Shown: positions 1-10,918, numbered from the stretch's first letter. The stretch is DNA of 64,000 nucleotides from Candidatus Multivoradales bacterium (GCA_965248925.1 CBDFLE010000006.1:3264001-3328000); one strand, 5' to 3'. Notes: a model not told the origin generated them from the letters alone. Numbers and translations: made by a program.

Positions 1-316
1 CTGGCACTTTGGCGCGCCGTGCCGCCAGCCGGCCCACGACGCAGGGCTTGGTGTCGAAGCAATGCACGATCGCTGGCGCCCAGTGGCTGATCAATGGACT
101 CAACGCACTCATCGAGCGCCGATCGGCAGGCAGATCGAAGCCGCGCGCCAGGGGATAGTCGAAGTAGGGGTAGCGACCACGAAAGCGCTTCGCCAGACGT
201 GGCTCGCTGCCGACCGCGGCGAGCTCGAACTGGCTGGCCAGGCAGGTCATCAGCTCCAAGCGCGAGTCGACATCTGGGCCGCCGATCAACATTAGCCTTG
301 GCTTGACCTGGCTCAT
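1..316 (-). CDS. Glycosyltransferase (GT4-like) N-terminal part, truncated by window edge
   Basis: Not in ORF track. Manual translation from ATG 316: MSQVKPRLMLIGGPDVDSRLELM...YPLARG...WAPAIVHCFDTKPCVVGRLAARRAKVP, a typical GT4 N-domain 'PxIVHxxxxKPxxxGRLAA' pattern. Confidence 0.75.
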   Translation of the reverse strand, partial: MSQVKPRLMLIGGPDVDSRLELMTCLASQFELAAVGSEPRLAKRFRGRYPYFDYPLARGFDLPADRRSMSALSPLISHWAPAIVHCFDTKPCVVGRLAARRAKVP

Positions 317-329
317 TGCAGTGGGCTCA

Positions 330-1220
330 TCATTGCAGTGGCACGGTGTTAGTCGCCGCAACTCTCGAGTGGCCTAGGCGACGCAGACCGTACAGTTCTA
401 GCAGCTCGGCCAGGCGCCGCAGGTCTCGTCTTAGCACCCGCGGCTCGCTACGCCATTCGAAGAGCGGGCCAACGCCGCCATACTCCAGCGCTACGGCCCA
501 GGGCCGGCGCCAGCGGCCGGCGGCGATCGCGCCTAGCGCCAACTCGAGCAACTGCCAGGCGCGTGGGTCCATCGGCATGTGGTCGCGTCGTCGACCCTCG
601 GCATCGTTGCCCAAGCCGGTGACATGAAGCTCGGCCAGGTGACGGTTGGGGTGGGCGTAGAGATGATCTTCAGCGGCCACTCCGAGTTCCTCGGCGGCCA
701 GGCGAGAGTGAGCCAGGTCGAGCAGCAGGCCGCAGCCGGTGGTCTCGACCACCGTGCTCAGCAGCAGCGGGTCGGCGGCGACGCGGTCAATCGGATAGTC
801 GCTGCGGCGTTCCCAAGGGACGTTCTCCACCACCACCGTGGCAGGACCAAAACGCTTGCCGAGCACTTCAATGTCGCTCACCGCTTGGCGCAGGGTGCGT
901 TCCGTCGCGGTGCCAACGGACTCTCCATCGACTGTCGGTGGCGCCAGATGGGTGTTGACCCAATAGGTCGAGGTGCGCTCTATCCAGTCCGCGGCCGCTG
1001 CGAGGTCGGCGGCTGTTGGCGACCCTTGGCCGGCTTGGAAATCGAAATGAACCATCACCGGCCGCCAGCGCTTGGCGGCGGCGATCAACCCTGGCCAAGG
1101 TGGGCACTTGAACAGATCGATCTCGACCTCGCCGGCTGCCAACAAGCGCTCGGCCTGCGGCGAGTAGTTCACTGCGAGATGCAATGGCGGCGGGGCAGTG
1201 GATGGGTCTGAGGATGACAC
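330..1220 (-). CDS. DUF692/UPF0276-like multinuclear non-heme iron TIM-barrel protein
   Basis: Ordered metal-ligand motifs NTHL, VENVP, LLLDLAH, ELHVTG, RDHMP, ALEYGG. Confidence 0.7.
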   Translation of the reverse strand: MSSSDPSTAPPPLHLAVNYSPQAERLLAAGEVEIDLFKCPPWPGLIAAAKRWRPVMVHFDFQAGQGSPTAADLAAAADWIERTSTYWVNTHLAPPTVDGESVGTATERTLRQAVSDIEVLGKRFGPATVVVENVPWERRSDYPIDRVAADPLLLSTVVETTGCGLLLDLAHSRLAAEELGVAAEDHLYAHPNRHLAELHVTGLGNDAEGRRRDHMPMDPRAWQLLELALGAIAAGRWRRPWAVALEYGGVGPLFEWRSEPRVLRRDLRRLAELLELYGLRRLGHSRVAATNTVPLQ

Positions 1221-1707
1221 CGCTCAAGCTTAACCCGGAGATGCTGAGCAAGCTCTTGCCTCGGTCTCCGATGCGCTGAGCCGCATATACCGAGGGCGAC
1301 TGGCGTTTGTCGGGTTGGGCCAGGTTGCCACAATATGGCTACTTGAATGGCTAAATCTGCAATTGGCTAGGTCGTCAGGCCACTTTTAAGGTGAGTCTTA
1401 GTTCAATCTTCTGCGCCATTTGACCTCGGCCAATTTCCCTCCCTTAAGGTCGAGTGAGTTTCGCTATTAACGGCGAGCGTACTCAAGGAGCGCGTGATGA
1501 CCTTCTCTTCCCAGCATCAGCATCAGACCCCCAACCACACCCAAGACCAGACCTTTCCTTTCGCTGAGCCGACTCATCTTCCGGTGGGCCGGCAAGGGAT
1601 GATGGTCGACCCGCTGGCTTGAGACTGGAGGTGAATGTCGGCCCGCAGCCTTGATCTAGCGCCAAATCACTCGCTCTCGCCTGCGTCTGGCTTTCACCCA
1701 GGGGCTT

Positions 1708-3462
1708 CTAGACGCCCGCTGGGTGGCGGGCTGGGTTCTGCAGTCCCTCGGCCGACGAACGAATTCGCCGTAGGAGCCGCAAGCTGACTTGCTCGCTACG
1801 CAACGCCTGTTTCAACAGTGTCAGGCCGACCAAGGCCTGCGGATGAATCTTGAGGGCGTCGAAGAGGGGTACGACCTGGGAAACCATGGCAACCACATCG
1901 GCGCCACGGTTCTCCTTGGCGTAGATGATTGCCAGATCTAGGGAGACCGTAGCGGCCTCGCCGGCCCGACCCAGGTCGAGGAAGCCGTTGCGGACTTCCT
2001 CGTAGAGCGACTCGGCGACCGCCAGCTGGTCACCGCGATCAGCGATGACCGCTTCGACCCACTTAAGATGCAGCAGCATGCCGTGATTGCTGGTTGCAGT
2101 GGCCAAGGCTCGTGCTGGCGATAGCAGTGGGATGGCCTCCTCGAGGCGATCCAGCCGAGCTAGGGTCAGAGCGAGGTTGTGGTACGTGGTCATCTTCAGG
2201 GCGAGATCCTTCTTGGGATCAAGCAAGTTCAAGGCCAGGCGTAAGTCCTGATACACAAGATTCGGATCTTGGTGAAAATGTGCGCGCATTAGGCTGGCTT
2301 GGGCCAGCTTTTGCGGATCGTTGGCCTGCTCAAAGATTGGCAACACCCGATTCATCATCTTCAATGCGTCGGCCGGTCGGTGCTGAAAGAACAACAAACC
2401 CGCCTTGTGCAAGGTCAGCATTGCCTCGGGCAAGGCGCCATGATCCTCCTCCGGTAGGAGCTGGTTGGCACGGGCCAAGGCTCTGGCGGCGCCGCCGAGA
2501 TCCCAGTTGAGCCGGCGAGCGTTGCCGAGAGTCATCCAGGCTTTCATCTCCAGGAGCGCGTGCTGACGAGGGTCCAGGCAGTCCGCCTCAATGGCGCCTA
2601 TCGACTGCAGGGCCAGCTCTGCGTAGTGGATGCCCAGTTGGCGATCTTCGCGGCCGATCTCGACGCTCTTTCGGCGCAGCAGATTGCAAAAACCTGGGCC
2701 TGGCAGTTCGAGCGACTTGCCGACCAGCCGTCGCTGATCGTCCGCTGGGCGCTCGCGCAGCGACTTCCACAAAGCCTCGGCTTGAATCTCCTCCAGGGTG
2801 CATTCATCGAGCTGGTGATTGCCGTGCGAAGTCGGTTGAGTAGACGATTCCTGGGGAGCCAGATCGCTTTTCTCGACGGATTGATGCAAGGCGCTTGGGT
2901 ACAACGTCAGCAGATGCTGAATCAGCGCCTCTGCCTTGTCCAGTCCGAGGGTGCCTTGAACAGCCTTCTTGAGCAGCAATTCGTTACAGGCAATGTGTCG
3001 AGCGATCTGTAAGCGCTCTTCAGGAGTTGGCTCCTGGCTACTGGGTCGGGCATCGGGATTGGCCACCCGGTGTTTGCGGCGGTACGCGGTGGGGCGTAGT
3101 CCCGACCATTGCAGGAATGCTCGGCTGAAGACTTGGATGCCGGAGTAGCCGACCAGCGTACAAACCTGCCAGATCTTGAGATCGGTGTCGCACAGCAGGC
3201 GCGCCGCGGTCTCCATCCGGCAGTCCTTGATGTAGGCGTAGGGCGGCAGTCCGACCGCGGTGTGGAACTGAATCGGCAGAGTGTTGTCCCGCAGCTGACA
3301 GGCGCGTTTGAGCTGCTGAAAATCGAGATCTGGCTCGAACAAGTGGGCCTTGATGTAGGCCAGGATCGGCTGTAGCCGAGGTGGCGCTTGTTCCAGGTCC
3401 TTGCCAATGCGCTCCAGCGTTTTGGTAGCGGCGGTGTCAAACAGACTGTGCTTCTGGTCCAC
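1708..3462 (-). CDS. AraC-family HTH (N-terminal) fused to TPR-like helical repeats
   Basis: AraC signature RMETAARLL..TDLKIWQVCTLVGYSGIQVFSRAF...GLRPTAYR, followed by TPR-like helices (LGNARRL, YHNLALTL). GTG start with GGAGG RBS. Confidence 0.85.
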   Translation of the reverse strand: MDQKHSLFDTAATKTLERIGKDLEQAPPRLQPILAYIKAHLFEPDLDFQQLKRACQLRDNTLPIQFHTAVGLPPYAYIKDCRMETAARLLCDTDLKIWQVCTLVGYSGIQVFSRAFLQWSGLRPTAYRRKHRVANPDARPSSQEPTPEERLQIARHIACNELLLKKAVQGTLGLDKAEALIQHLLTLYPSALHQSVEKSDLAPQESSTQPTSHGNHQLDECTLEEIQAEALWKSLRERPADDQRRLVGKSLELPGPGFCNLLRRKSVEIGREDRQLGIHYAELALQSIGAIEADCLDPRQHALLEMKAWMTLGNARRLNWDLGGAARALARANQLLPEEDHGALPEAMLTLHKAGLLFFQHRPADALKMMNRVLPIFEQANDPQKLAQASLMRAHFHQDPNLVYQDLRLALNLLDPKKDLALKMTTYHNLALTLARLDRLEEAIPLLSPARALATATSNHGMLLHLKWVEAVIADRGDQLAVAESLYEEVRNGFLDLGRAGEAATVSLDLAIIYAKENRGADVVAMVSQVVPLFDALKIHPQALVGLTLLKQALRSEQVSLRLLRRIRSSAEGLQNPARHPAGV

Positions 3463-4046
3463 GGTTAAACCTCCGAGTCTTACTTTGTTCCTATGATAAT
3501 TATCAGAATCTCTGTCGATCGCGATCGAAGTTTCTTAGATCGGCCCACATTGGGTGAGGGACACCCTGAAGACTCTCTGGAAAGTGCCATTCTGGCATCA
3601 AACATCGTCTCTGTCGAGAGCGAAGGGCAGGCTGATGCCTCGGAATATTTAGGCAAATTTTCTGTGTTTTCCTACCAGGAGCGATTAGGCTCTACCTAGG
3701 CGGTGAGTGCTGTCATGTAGATGGGCGCGACAGTCCGCCAGAAAGGAGCTTTGAGATGTTTACTTTTTTTTGGAAGGGAAGAAGTACGGTGCGTTACTGC
3801 CAGAAGTACTTCCCAAAGGGACCGGGAGGGCTGCCGTCACTGCGGCGAGAGGCGCGACTAAGGGTCAGTCCAGGCATCGACCCATTCGGCTCACAGATTC
3901 CACCGACCCTTGGTGGATGATCTAGCATAGGTCCCTGAGAGCCTCGCGCCACTGCTGAGCCGGCGCGGGGCTACATTGATCAAGCGGCTGGGGGATTGGC
4001 CGCCAAGAGTTGAGAACCTGACGATGACAAGGCCATCGCTTCTCTA

Positions 4047-5801
4047 TCAGGTCGTCAAGCCCGGTTCCCACTGCAACCGCACCAGGGTTGCTCGCGATTG
4101 CTCCAGCGACACCGCGGTTACGTTGCGGTTGTCGAGCGCGTTCTGTAGCAGCTTCAAAGCGATCATCGCAGTCTCGCGATGCTGAAGAGCATCGAAGATC
4201 GGAATGATCTCGGTGACCAACCAAGTCACCTCGTTCGAGCGCCCTTGGCGGGCGCAAAGTAGTGCAAGGTCCAGCGTCACCACAGCTGTCAGCTCTGACA
4301 GATCGAGGTCGATGAACCCAGCGCGGGCTTCTCGGAAAAGCTTCTCTGCCTCCTTGAGGTGCCCCAAACCTTGAGCAATCAGTCCTTCTACCCAGACCAG
4401 CTTCAGCGATATTGGTCGAATGCCGAGCTGTTCGCAGCTGACTCGCAGGGATGGCAGCATCGTTGCGGCGTGGGTGAATTCACCCTTCAGCGTCATCAAG
4501 AAAGCCAAACTTTGGTGGACGCTGAGTTTAAGTAGTGGATTGTCCAAGGAATCGACCAACTGACGAGCTTCGAGAAGACACTCTAGCCCGGTCTCGGCCT
4601 GATCCGTCTGCTGCAGAATAGCCGATTTCATTACCAAGATCTGCACCAACAGGGTGTCCAGCTGAATTCGTCGTCCGAGTACCAGCGCTTGGTTGATCAG
4701 CTGCAAAGCCTCTTGATAACGGCTTTGATACCAGCGCAAGGTGGCTTTCATCGCCAGAAACTCAGACACCTCAGGGTGGTCGCCGGCTTCACCTTCAGGC
4801 AGGTAGTGTTCTGCTTTCAAGAAGGCCTTCTCGGCCTGCAAGAAGTCCAGAGCGAGGCGGTGAGCGTTGCCCAGCCTGGACCAGGCGCGCACAGTCAGGG
4901 CTCTACGATCAATCTCGGGATCTTCGCGGTTCAGCAGCTCCAGGCTGAAAAGTGCGAGTTTTGCCAAAGTAACGCCCCGCTGGCGATTGTCCCGGCCGAG
5001 GGCCAGGCTCTTCTGGCACAGGAAGTCAAAAAACGCGGCAGAACTCAGCCGCACCGTGGTGCGCAAATGGATCCGCTGCTCGATCGGGGAAAGGTCGGCG
5101 ATAGACCGCCAGATCTCTTCCGCGCGGAGGGTTTCGATAGTTGGAATCTCAAGCATTAGCCCGTCGGGTATCGCACTGAGGGGCTCCCGGATCATTGGAT
5201 TTGCAGGGGCCGCCGAAGTCTTGCCGGTGGTTTGCCGCCCTCCTGCTTCACAGCGCGGGTAGAGACGATGCAGTTGCCGGATCAAATGATCCGCTTGACC
5301 GGGCTCCAGCTTGCCTTGAACGGCTCGCCGCAGCAATGCACTGGTCGGCGGTGTCGCGCTCCAGGTAGATTTGTCCGTCCCCTCTCTGCCCTGGGCCGAT
5401 TGGTGCAGCTGTTTTCTGCGATAGGCAGTTGGCCGCAAGCCGGACCACTCGAGGAAGGCGCGGCTGAACACCTGAATCCCGGAGTAACCCACCAGCATGC
5501 AGATCTGCCAGACCTTCAGTTCGGTGTCGCGGAGTAGTCGGGCCGCGGTTTCGAGTCGGCAATGCTTAATGTATGTGTAAGGGGGCATGCCGATCTCGCT
5601 ATGAAATTCGATCGGCACTGTATTATCGCGGATCTTGCATGCGATCCTCAGTTGCTGAAAGTCGAGCCCCGGTTCGTAGAGATGGCTCTCGATATAGGAC
5701 AGGATGGGCTTTAGGCGGGGCGGAGCTGTTGCCAGGTCGCGGCGAATGCGATTCAACGTCTCGGCAGCCGCTGGCTCGAATGAGGCGGGTTGTTGGTTCA
5801 C
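4047..5801 (-). CDS. AraC-HTH/TPR protein, paralog of 1708..3462
   Basis: Same 584-aa length and architecture; N-terminal ~130 aa strongly similar; GGGAGG RBS before GTG. Confidence 0.85.
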   Translation of the reverse strand: MNQQPASFEPAAAETLNRIRRDLATAPPRLKPILSYIESHLYEPGLDFQQLRIACKIRDNTVPIEFHSEIGMPPYTYIKHCRLETAARLLRDTELKVWQICMLVGYSGIQVFSRAFLEWSGLRPTAYRRKQLHQSAQGREGTDKSTWSATPPTSALLRRAVQGKLEPGQADHLIRQLHRLYPRCEAGGRQTTGKTSAAPANPMIREPLSAIPDGLMLEIPTIETLRAEEIWRSIADLSPIEQRIHLRTTVRLSSAAFFDFLCQKSLALGRDNRQRGVTLAKLALFSLELLNREDPEIDRRALTVRAWSRLGNAHRLALDFLQAEKAFLKAEHYLPEGEAGDHPEVSEFLAMKATLRWYQSRYQEALQLINQALVLGRRIQLDTLLVQILVMKSAILQQTDQAETGLECLLEARQLVDSLDNPLLKLSVHQSLAFLMTLKGEFTHAATMLPSLRVSCEQLGIRPISLKLVWVEGLIAQGLGHLKEAEKLFREARAGFIDLDLSELTAVVTLDLALLCARQGRSNEVTWLVTEIIPIFDALQHRETAMIALKLLQNALDNRNVTAVSLEQSRATLVRLQWEPGLTT

Positions 5802-5908
5802 TAGCAGTCCTCCCTATATATCGAGTTGAATTCCAGCATGGTAGCAAAGTCTGGCCGATCTGTCCTGTGATTCCCCTAGGTGTTGATGAAGCTCGCTGGC
5901 GGTGAAGT

Positions 5909-8392
5909 TCACTCCTCGCGTAAGACAGTGGTCGGTCGAGCGCCGATGGCGCGAAGGGCGGGTATCAGGCAGCCGAGTAGGGCGGCGGTTAGCAGTACTG
6001 CCGACAGGGCGAGGAAGACTTTCGGATCCCGAGGAGTGATCTCGTGCAGTTGCTTGGAAACGACCTGCGGCAGAATCATGAAACCCAGCAGCCAGCCCAG
6101 AGCCAAGCCGGCCAAGACCACCCGTGCCCCCTGCAGAAGTACCGAATTCAGCAAACTAGTGCGCCGTGCTCCGATGGCCATGCGGATGGCGAACTCGCGG
6201 CGCCGCTGATTGACCGTGTAGGCCAGGACGGCGTAGACCCCGACCACCGCCAACACCAATGCCAACAGGCCGAAGGCGCTCAGCAAGATTGCCGAGGTGC
6301 GCTCTAGCCACAGAGCTTCGTTGACAAAATGGCGCATCGAGTTCAAGTCGGCGAGCGGTACATTGGTGTCGAGTTGCTGCAACTCGCGTCGTACGGCAGG
6401 AAGCAAGAGCGTTGGCTCGGTGTCGGTGCGAATATGCAGCGTCATCAGTTGGGAGTAGTTTTGGGATTCGGGCAAGTAGACAAAGAATTGCGCCGGTTCC
6501 TGGACTTCTCGATAAGAAGCGTCGGCAACTACGCCGACCACCTCCACCGCTGGCTCGTGGGCATAGTCGAAGTGAAAGACTTGGCCGACAGCGCTCCGGT
6601 TTGGCCACAACTGGCGAGCCATGGTGTCGTTGATGATCGCAATCGGCCGATAGTCGGCCGCATAGTGATCTTCGAAGTCGGTACCGGCGAGCAGCTCGAT
6701 TCCGGTGGTGGCGAAGAAACCTCTGCCGACTGAGTTGATGCGGTGGAACGGGCCGAATGGGCTTTCGCTCGCGTCTTCGGCGCCAGTCAAGAAGATATTG
6801 CGTCGCAACGGGCTGCCGCGTAGCAGCCGGTTGGCGGAAAGTGCTACTTGGCGAACGCCAGGTAGTGCTTCCACCCGCGCTACAGCTTGGCGGTAGTAGT
6901 TGCGAGATTGTTCAGGGCTGTAGCCCTGCTCGCCTGGGGTTACGGTGACCACCGCCAGATTGTCAGGCTTGAATCCTAGATCGAGTTGATTGGCCCGTTG
7001 CAGGCTGCGCAAGAACAGGCCCGCGCCGACCAACGCCACCAAGGCCAAGGCAATCTGCGACATGACTAGCAAATTGCGCGGCCGCAACCACCACCGAGGT
7101 GCCCGTCCACGGACCGTCGAGGTGTTTTCTTTGAGGTGCGAGACCAGGTCGGGATTGGCGGCCCTCAAGGCAGGCAAGAGGCCGAAAATGAGGCCGCCGA
7201 CAAAGGTGACGAGTAGCGAGAAAACCATCATCCGGCTTTCAAGCTCCATGCCGGCGGTCTGGCCGGCGAAGGCCGGCGGGCGAAAGCGCCACAGTAGCTG
7301 TAGGCCCCACTGGGCAACTGGCAAGCTGATCAGGCCACCGATCGAGAAAAGCACCATGGTCTCGGTGATCAATTGGGCGGTAATGCGGCCTGGGGTAGCT
7401 CCGACCGCGCGACGGATGGCGACTTCTCTGCCGCGCTCAATACCGCGCACGATGAGCAGATTGGCAATATTCAAGAAGGTGATCAACAAGATTGTCAGCA
7501 CTATCGCCCGGAGAAAATTGACGTACCCCAAGAAGCGAGTGCGGTCGTTGGGGCGGATTGCCGCTTGGGCCAACGGCATGCTGACGATGCCAAGTCCTTC
7601 CATGTCTTTGGGATTTTCGCTCTCTAGTCGCCGCGCCACCGTCATCATTTCTTCGACCGCATGCTGCTGGCTGCGGCCTTCGCGGAGCTTGCCAAAGACC
7701 TTGAACAGGCCGATGCCGGCGACTTCAAAGTAGTCTTTATACGCGCCGATGTCGGGGTACAGCCGAATCGGTAGCCAGAAATCGACCCGGATCCCAACTT
7801 CAGTGCCGTTGAATCCCTGGGGCGCCACGCCGATGACGTCCAGCTGGCGACCGTTGACCATTACCGTGCGGCCGACAACGCTGGGGTCGGCACCGAACAG
7901 GCGGGTCCAGCAGCCGTGGCTCAACACCGTCATGGCAGGCGATTCGTTGGGCTTGTCCTGCTCCGTGGAGTAGAAGTTCCCCAGCGCTGGTCGGATGCCG
8001 AGGGTTGAGAAGTAGTTGCCGCTGGTGAAAGTGCCGACCGCGCGGGCGGAAGTGTCGTTGCCGGTCAGGTTGACCGGGTGCCACTGGAAGAGGACGAGTT
8101 CCTCCACGGTATTGGTGGAGCCATCTCTGAAGTTCTTGTAGTTCTCCCAGGAGAACGGGATGTGGCCCTCGTAGGTTCCCCCGTCGGTGCGCAGAGCGAT
8201 GTAGAACGCCGCCAGCTGCTCGGGGGTCTCGACTTGCAGGGGATTGCTGAAGAGCTTGTGATGAAGAGTGAAAACCGCGGTATTCGCGCCGACACCCAGC
8301 ACCAAGCAGACCAAGATCGCAATAGAGAAGCCCGGCTTCTTCAATAGCAGGCGTAAGCTAAAGCGAATGTCGCTCCAGAGTTGGCGAATCAC
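5909..8392 (-). CDS. ADOP-type (duplicated MacB/FtsX) ABC transporter permease
   Basis: LWSDIRFSLRLL..KPGF, GANTAVF, REVAIRRAVGA, REFAIRMAIGA, two MacB_PCD/FtsX halves. GGAGGAG RBS supports GTG 8392 over the track start 8518. Confidence 0.9.
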   Translation of the reverse strand: MIRQLWSDIRFSLRLLLKKPGFSIAILVCLVLGVGANTAVFTLHHKLFSNPLQVETPEQLAAFYIALRTDGGTYEGHIPFSWENYKNFRDGSTNTVEELVLFQWHPVNLTGNDTSARAVGTFTSGNYFSTLGIRPALGNFYSTEQDKPNESPAMTVLSHGCWTRLFGADPSVVGRTVMVNGRQLDVIGVAPQGFNGTEVGIRVDFWLPIRLYPDIGAYKDYFEVAGIGLFKVFGKLREGRSQQHAVEEMMTVARRLESENPKDMEGLGIVSMPLAQAAIRPNDRTRFLGYVNFLRAIVLTILLITFLNIANLLIVRGIERGREVAIRRAVGATPGRITAQLITETMVLFSIGGLISLPVAQWGLQLLWRFRPPAFAGQTAGMELESRMMVFSLLVTFVGGLIFGLLPALRAANPDLVSHLKENTSTVRGRAPRWWLRPRNLLVMSQIALALVALVGAGLFLRSLQRANQLDLGFKPDNLAVVTVTPGEQGYSPEQSRNYYRQAVARVEALPGVRQVALSANRLLRGSPLRRNIFLTGAEDASESPFGPFHRINSVGRGFFATTGIELLAGTDFEDHYAADYRPIAIINDTMARQLWPNRSAVGQVFHFDYAHEPAVEVVGVVADASYREVQEPAQFFVYLPESQNYSQLMTLHIRTDTEPTLLLPAVRRELQQLDTNVPLADLNSMRHFVNEALWLERTSAILLSAFGLLALVLAVVGVYAVLAYTVNQRRREFAIRMAIGARRTSLLNSVLLQGARVVLAGLALGWLLGFMILPQVVSKQLHEITPRDPKVFLALSAVLLTAALLGCLIPALRAIGARPTTVLREE

Positions 8393-8677
8393 ATCTCCTC
8401 CCGCGGCACGTAGTGGCGGCTGGGGGATGCCAAGGGCTCTTGGCCCCAAGGGCCAATCCCTTTGCAATTGCCACTTTGACGTGCCATGACTGCTTATCTT
8501 ATATCCAGAGTGTGCCAACCGGGGTGGATTGTTTTGCCCCGCTTGCGCATCGAGTTACCAGCCAAAGCCGTAGGACAGGGCGAATAAGGGCGCCGCGACG
8601 CAGATATACTTTCCGCCAGCCCGGCGGCTGGGCTGCCGTGGGCGGCCAGTAAAGCTCCTTCTGCGAGAGGAAAATTG

Positions 8678-10270
8678 ATGGACCGTGTGGATCTATGGCA
8701 CCGCTATCGGCAGTACCTGTGGGCCGATTCTGAACTCGGCTTGCGCCTCGATATCAGCAGAATGCATTTTGCCGCGGACTTTTTCGACCGCCATCGGCAG
8801 CGGGTCGATCGCGCTTTCGTCGCCATGGCAGCGCTAGAGGGCGGGCAGATAGCCAATCCCGACGAAGATCGCCAAGTTGGACACTATTGGCTGCGGAATC
8901 CGCAGTTGGCCCCGAGTGTCGAGATCCGCGCCGCGATCACCGATTCGTTGACCCAGGTGCGGCAGTTCGCTGCCGCGGTTCATCAGGGGCTACTAGCGCC
9001 CTCGACGGGTGCGAAATTCACCGATCTATTGATCATTGGTATCGGTGGTTCCGCCCTCGGGCCGCAGCTCGCCGCTGATGCCTTGGGCGAGCCGGCGGCA
9101 GATCGACTGCATCCCCATTTCTTCGACAACACCGATCCTGACGGCCAAGCGCGGGTGCTCGGCGGCCTTGGCGCGCGTTTGGCGAGCACTTTGGTGTTGG
9201 TGATCTCCAAGTCAGGCGGAACCGCTGAGACCCGCAACGGCATGCTTGCCGCTCGTGCTGCCTGGGCTGCTCGCGGGCTTGAGTTCGCCCGTCAGGCGGT
9301 GGCGGTGACCGGCGCCGGCTCGCGGCTCGATCAGCTGGCCCAAGAGGAGGGGTGGTTGGAGCGTTTCCCGATGTGGGATTGGGTGGGTGGCCGCACCAGC
9401 GAGACTTGCGTCGTCGGCCTGCTGCCGGCGGCTCTGCAAGGTATCGATATAGATGCCCTGCTGGCCGGAGCGGCTGCCTGCGACCAGCGAACCCGAGTGG
9501 CTGATGCGACTCGCAATCCGGCAGCATTGCTCGCTCTAATGTGGTTGCATGCGACCGGTGGTCGCGGCGAGCGCGACATGGTAGTGCTGCCCTACAAGGA
9601 TCGCCTGCTGCTCTTCAGCCGCTATCTCCAGCAGCTGGTCATGGAGTCCTTGGGCAAGGGTACAGATCTGCAGGGCAACTCGGTCGAGCAAGGTATCGCG
9701 GTCTATGGCAACAAGGGTTCGACCGATCAGCATGCCTACGTGCAGCAATTGCGTGAGGGGGTGAACAACTTCTTCGTCACTTTTATCGAAGTGCTCGAAG
9801 AGGGCGGCGAGCCGCTCGAAGTTGAGCCGGGGGTGACCCGTGGGGACTACCTGCGGGGATTCCTCTACGGCACTCGTCAGGCTTTGAGTGACAATGGCAG
9901 AGAGTCGATCACCCTCACCGTCGATCGGGTCGATGCCTACTCCTTGGGAGTGTTGATCGCTTTGTTCGAGCGCGCCGTGGGGCTCTACGCTAGTCTGGTG
10001 GGGATCAACGCATACCACCAGCCGGGAGTCGAAGCGGGTAAGAAGGCAGCCGCCGAGGTGCTCGACTTGCAGTCTCGCGCGGTGGCTCACCTGCGTGCTG
10101 CCAATGCGTCTCTGACTGTCGAGGAGCTGGCCACGGAGCTCGGCGAGACCGACCGCATCGAGACCCTTTTCCAAGTACTCGAAGCGTTGTGCGCCAACCG
10201 TCGTGAGGTCGCATGCGAGCCTGGCAAGACCTCTTTCGATGGCCGCTTCCGGGCCCTGGCTCGTCGGTGA
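8678..10270 (+). CDS. pgi: Glucose-6-phosphate isomerase
   Basis: [53 protein letters not shown]. Confidence 0.97.
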   Translation: MDRVDLWHRYRQYLWADSELGLRLDISRMHFAADFFDRHRQRVDRAFVAMAALEGGQIANPDEDRQVGHYWLRNPQLAPSVEIRAAITDSLTQVRQFAAAVHQGLLAPSTGAKFTDLLIIGIGGSALGPQLAADALGEPAADRLHPHFFDNTDPDGQARVLGGLGARLASTLVLVISKSGGTAETRNGMLAARAAWAARGLEFARQAVAVTGAGSRLDQLAQEEGWLERFPMWDWVGGRTSETCVVGLLPAALQGIDIDALLAGAAACDQRTRVADATRNPAALLALMWLHATGGRGERDMVVLPYKDRLLLFSRYLQQLVMESLGKGTDLQGNSVEQGIAVYGNKGSTDQHAYVQQLREGVNNFFVTFIEVLEEGGEPLEVEPGVTRGDYLRGFLYGTRQALSDNGRESITLTVDRVDAYSLGVLIALFERAVGLYASLVGINAYHQPGVEAGKKAAAEVLDLQSRAVAHLRAANASLTVEELATELGETDRIETLFQVLEALCANRREVACEPGKTSFDGRFRALARR

Positions 10271-10310
10271 GCGACGCTGCCAAATGCAACGACATAATGC
10301 GAGCAGCGGA

Positions 10311-10628
10311 ATGGATGATCTAGAATTTACCCCGACCGAAGAGAAGTTCTTTAAGGCGTGTTACGCCCCCGCGGTGACTCGACGGCGACAGCGGCGGGTT
10401 CTGATGGCGGGTCTCGTGGCTCTTATATCGCCAGCCGTGATCGGATTCCGCTCACAGTCGTGGCCGTGGGTGGCGGGACTCATGATGAGCTACGTGGTCC
10501 TCACTATTTGGGAAAAGAACGCCTATGGGAATGGCGTTCTGGTTTACAAGTCTGTGGTGCGGAAGATCCAGTCGCGCCTAGAAGAGAGTGAAGCTGCGGC
10601 AACACAATCGCAGAGTAAGGCAGACTAG
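10311..10628 (+). CDS. Small hypothetical membrane protein (2 TM)
   Basis: Two hydrophobic stretches; start uncertain (10284 or 10311). Confidence 0.5.
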   Translation: MDDLEFTPTEEKFFKACYAPAVTRRRQRRVLMAGLVALISPAVIGFRSQSWPWVAGLMMSYVVLTIWEKNAYGNGVLVYKSVVRKIQSRLEESEAAATQSQSKAD

Positions 10629-10918
10629 GGTCTTTCCGCCGGCCTTAGCCGAACACCGGCCGCCATGCCGCAGCGCCGCTCTCTCCAGCTAAGTCAAGAG
10701 GAGGTGCCACGGTCTTCTCGGATGGTAGACTTCCGGCTACCCGCCGATTTCATTCGAGGGGTCAAGTTTGTCGATGGAATCCGAGAAGACAGGATCGCCG
10801 CCTGATGCTCCGTACACAACTCTTGACGATAACTCCCGAGCGGGTGGTAGAGCGCCAGCCTGGCAACAAGCCACCTTTCGACGGCCGCTACCGGGCCTTG
10901 GTCGACGGTTGATCGAAG

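Noticed and set aside
1330-1372. Three TGGCTA hexamers in an AT-rich intergenic region
   Set aside because: Irregular spacing (12 and 16 nt) and too short to distinguish from chance.
1483-1710. Stop-codon readthrough (pyrrolysine/recoding) of the AraC-TPR TAG into an in-frame 75-codon tail
   Set aside because: The paralog ends at the equivalent position, many genes here end in TAG, and the tail is low-complexity.
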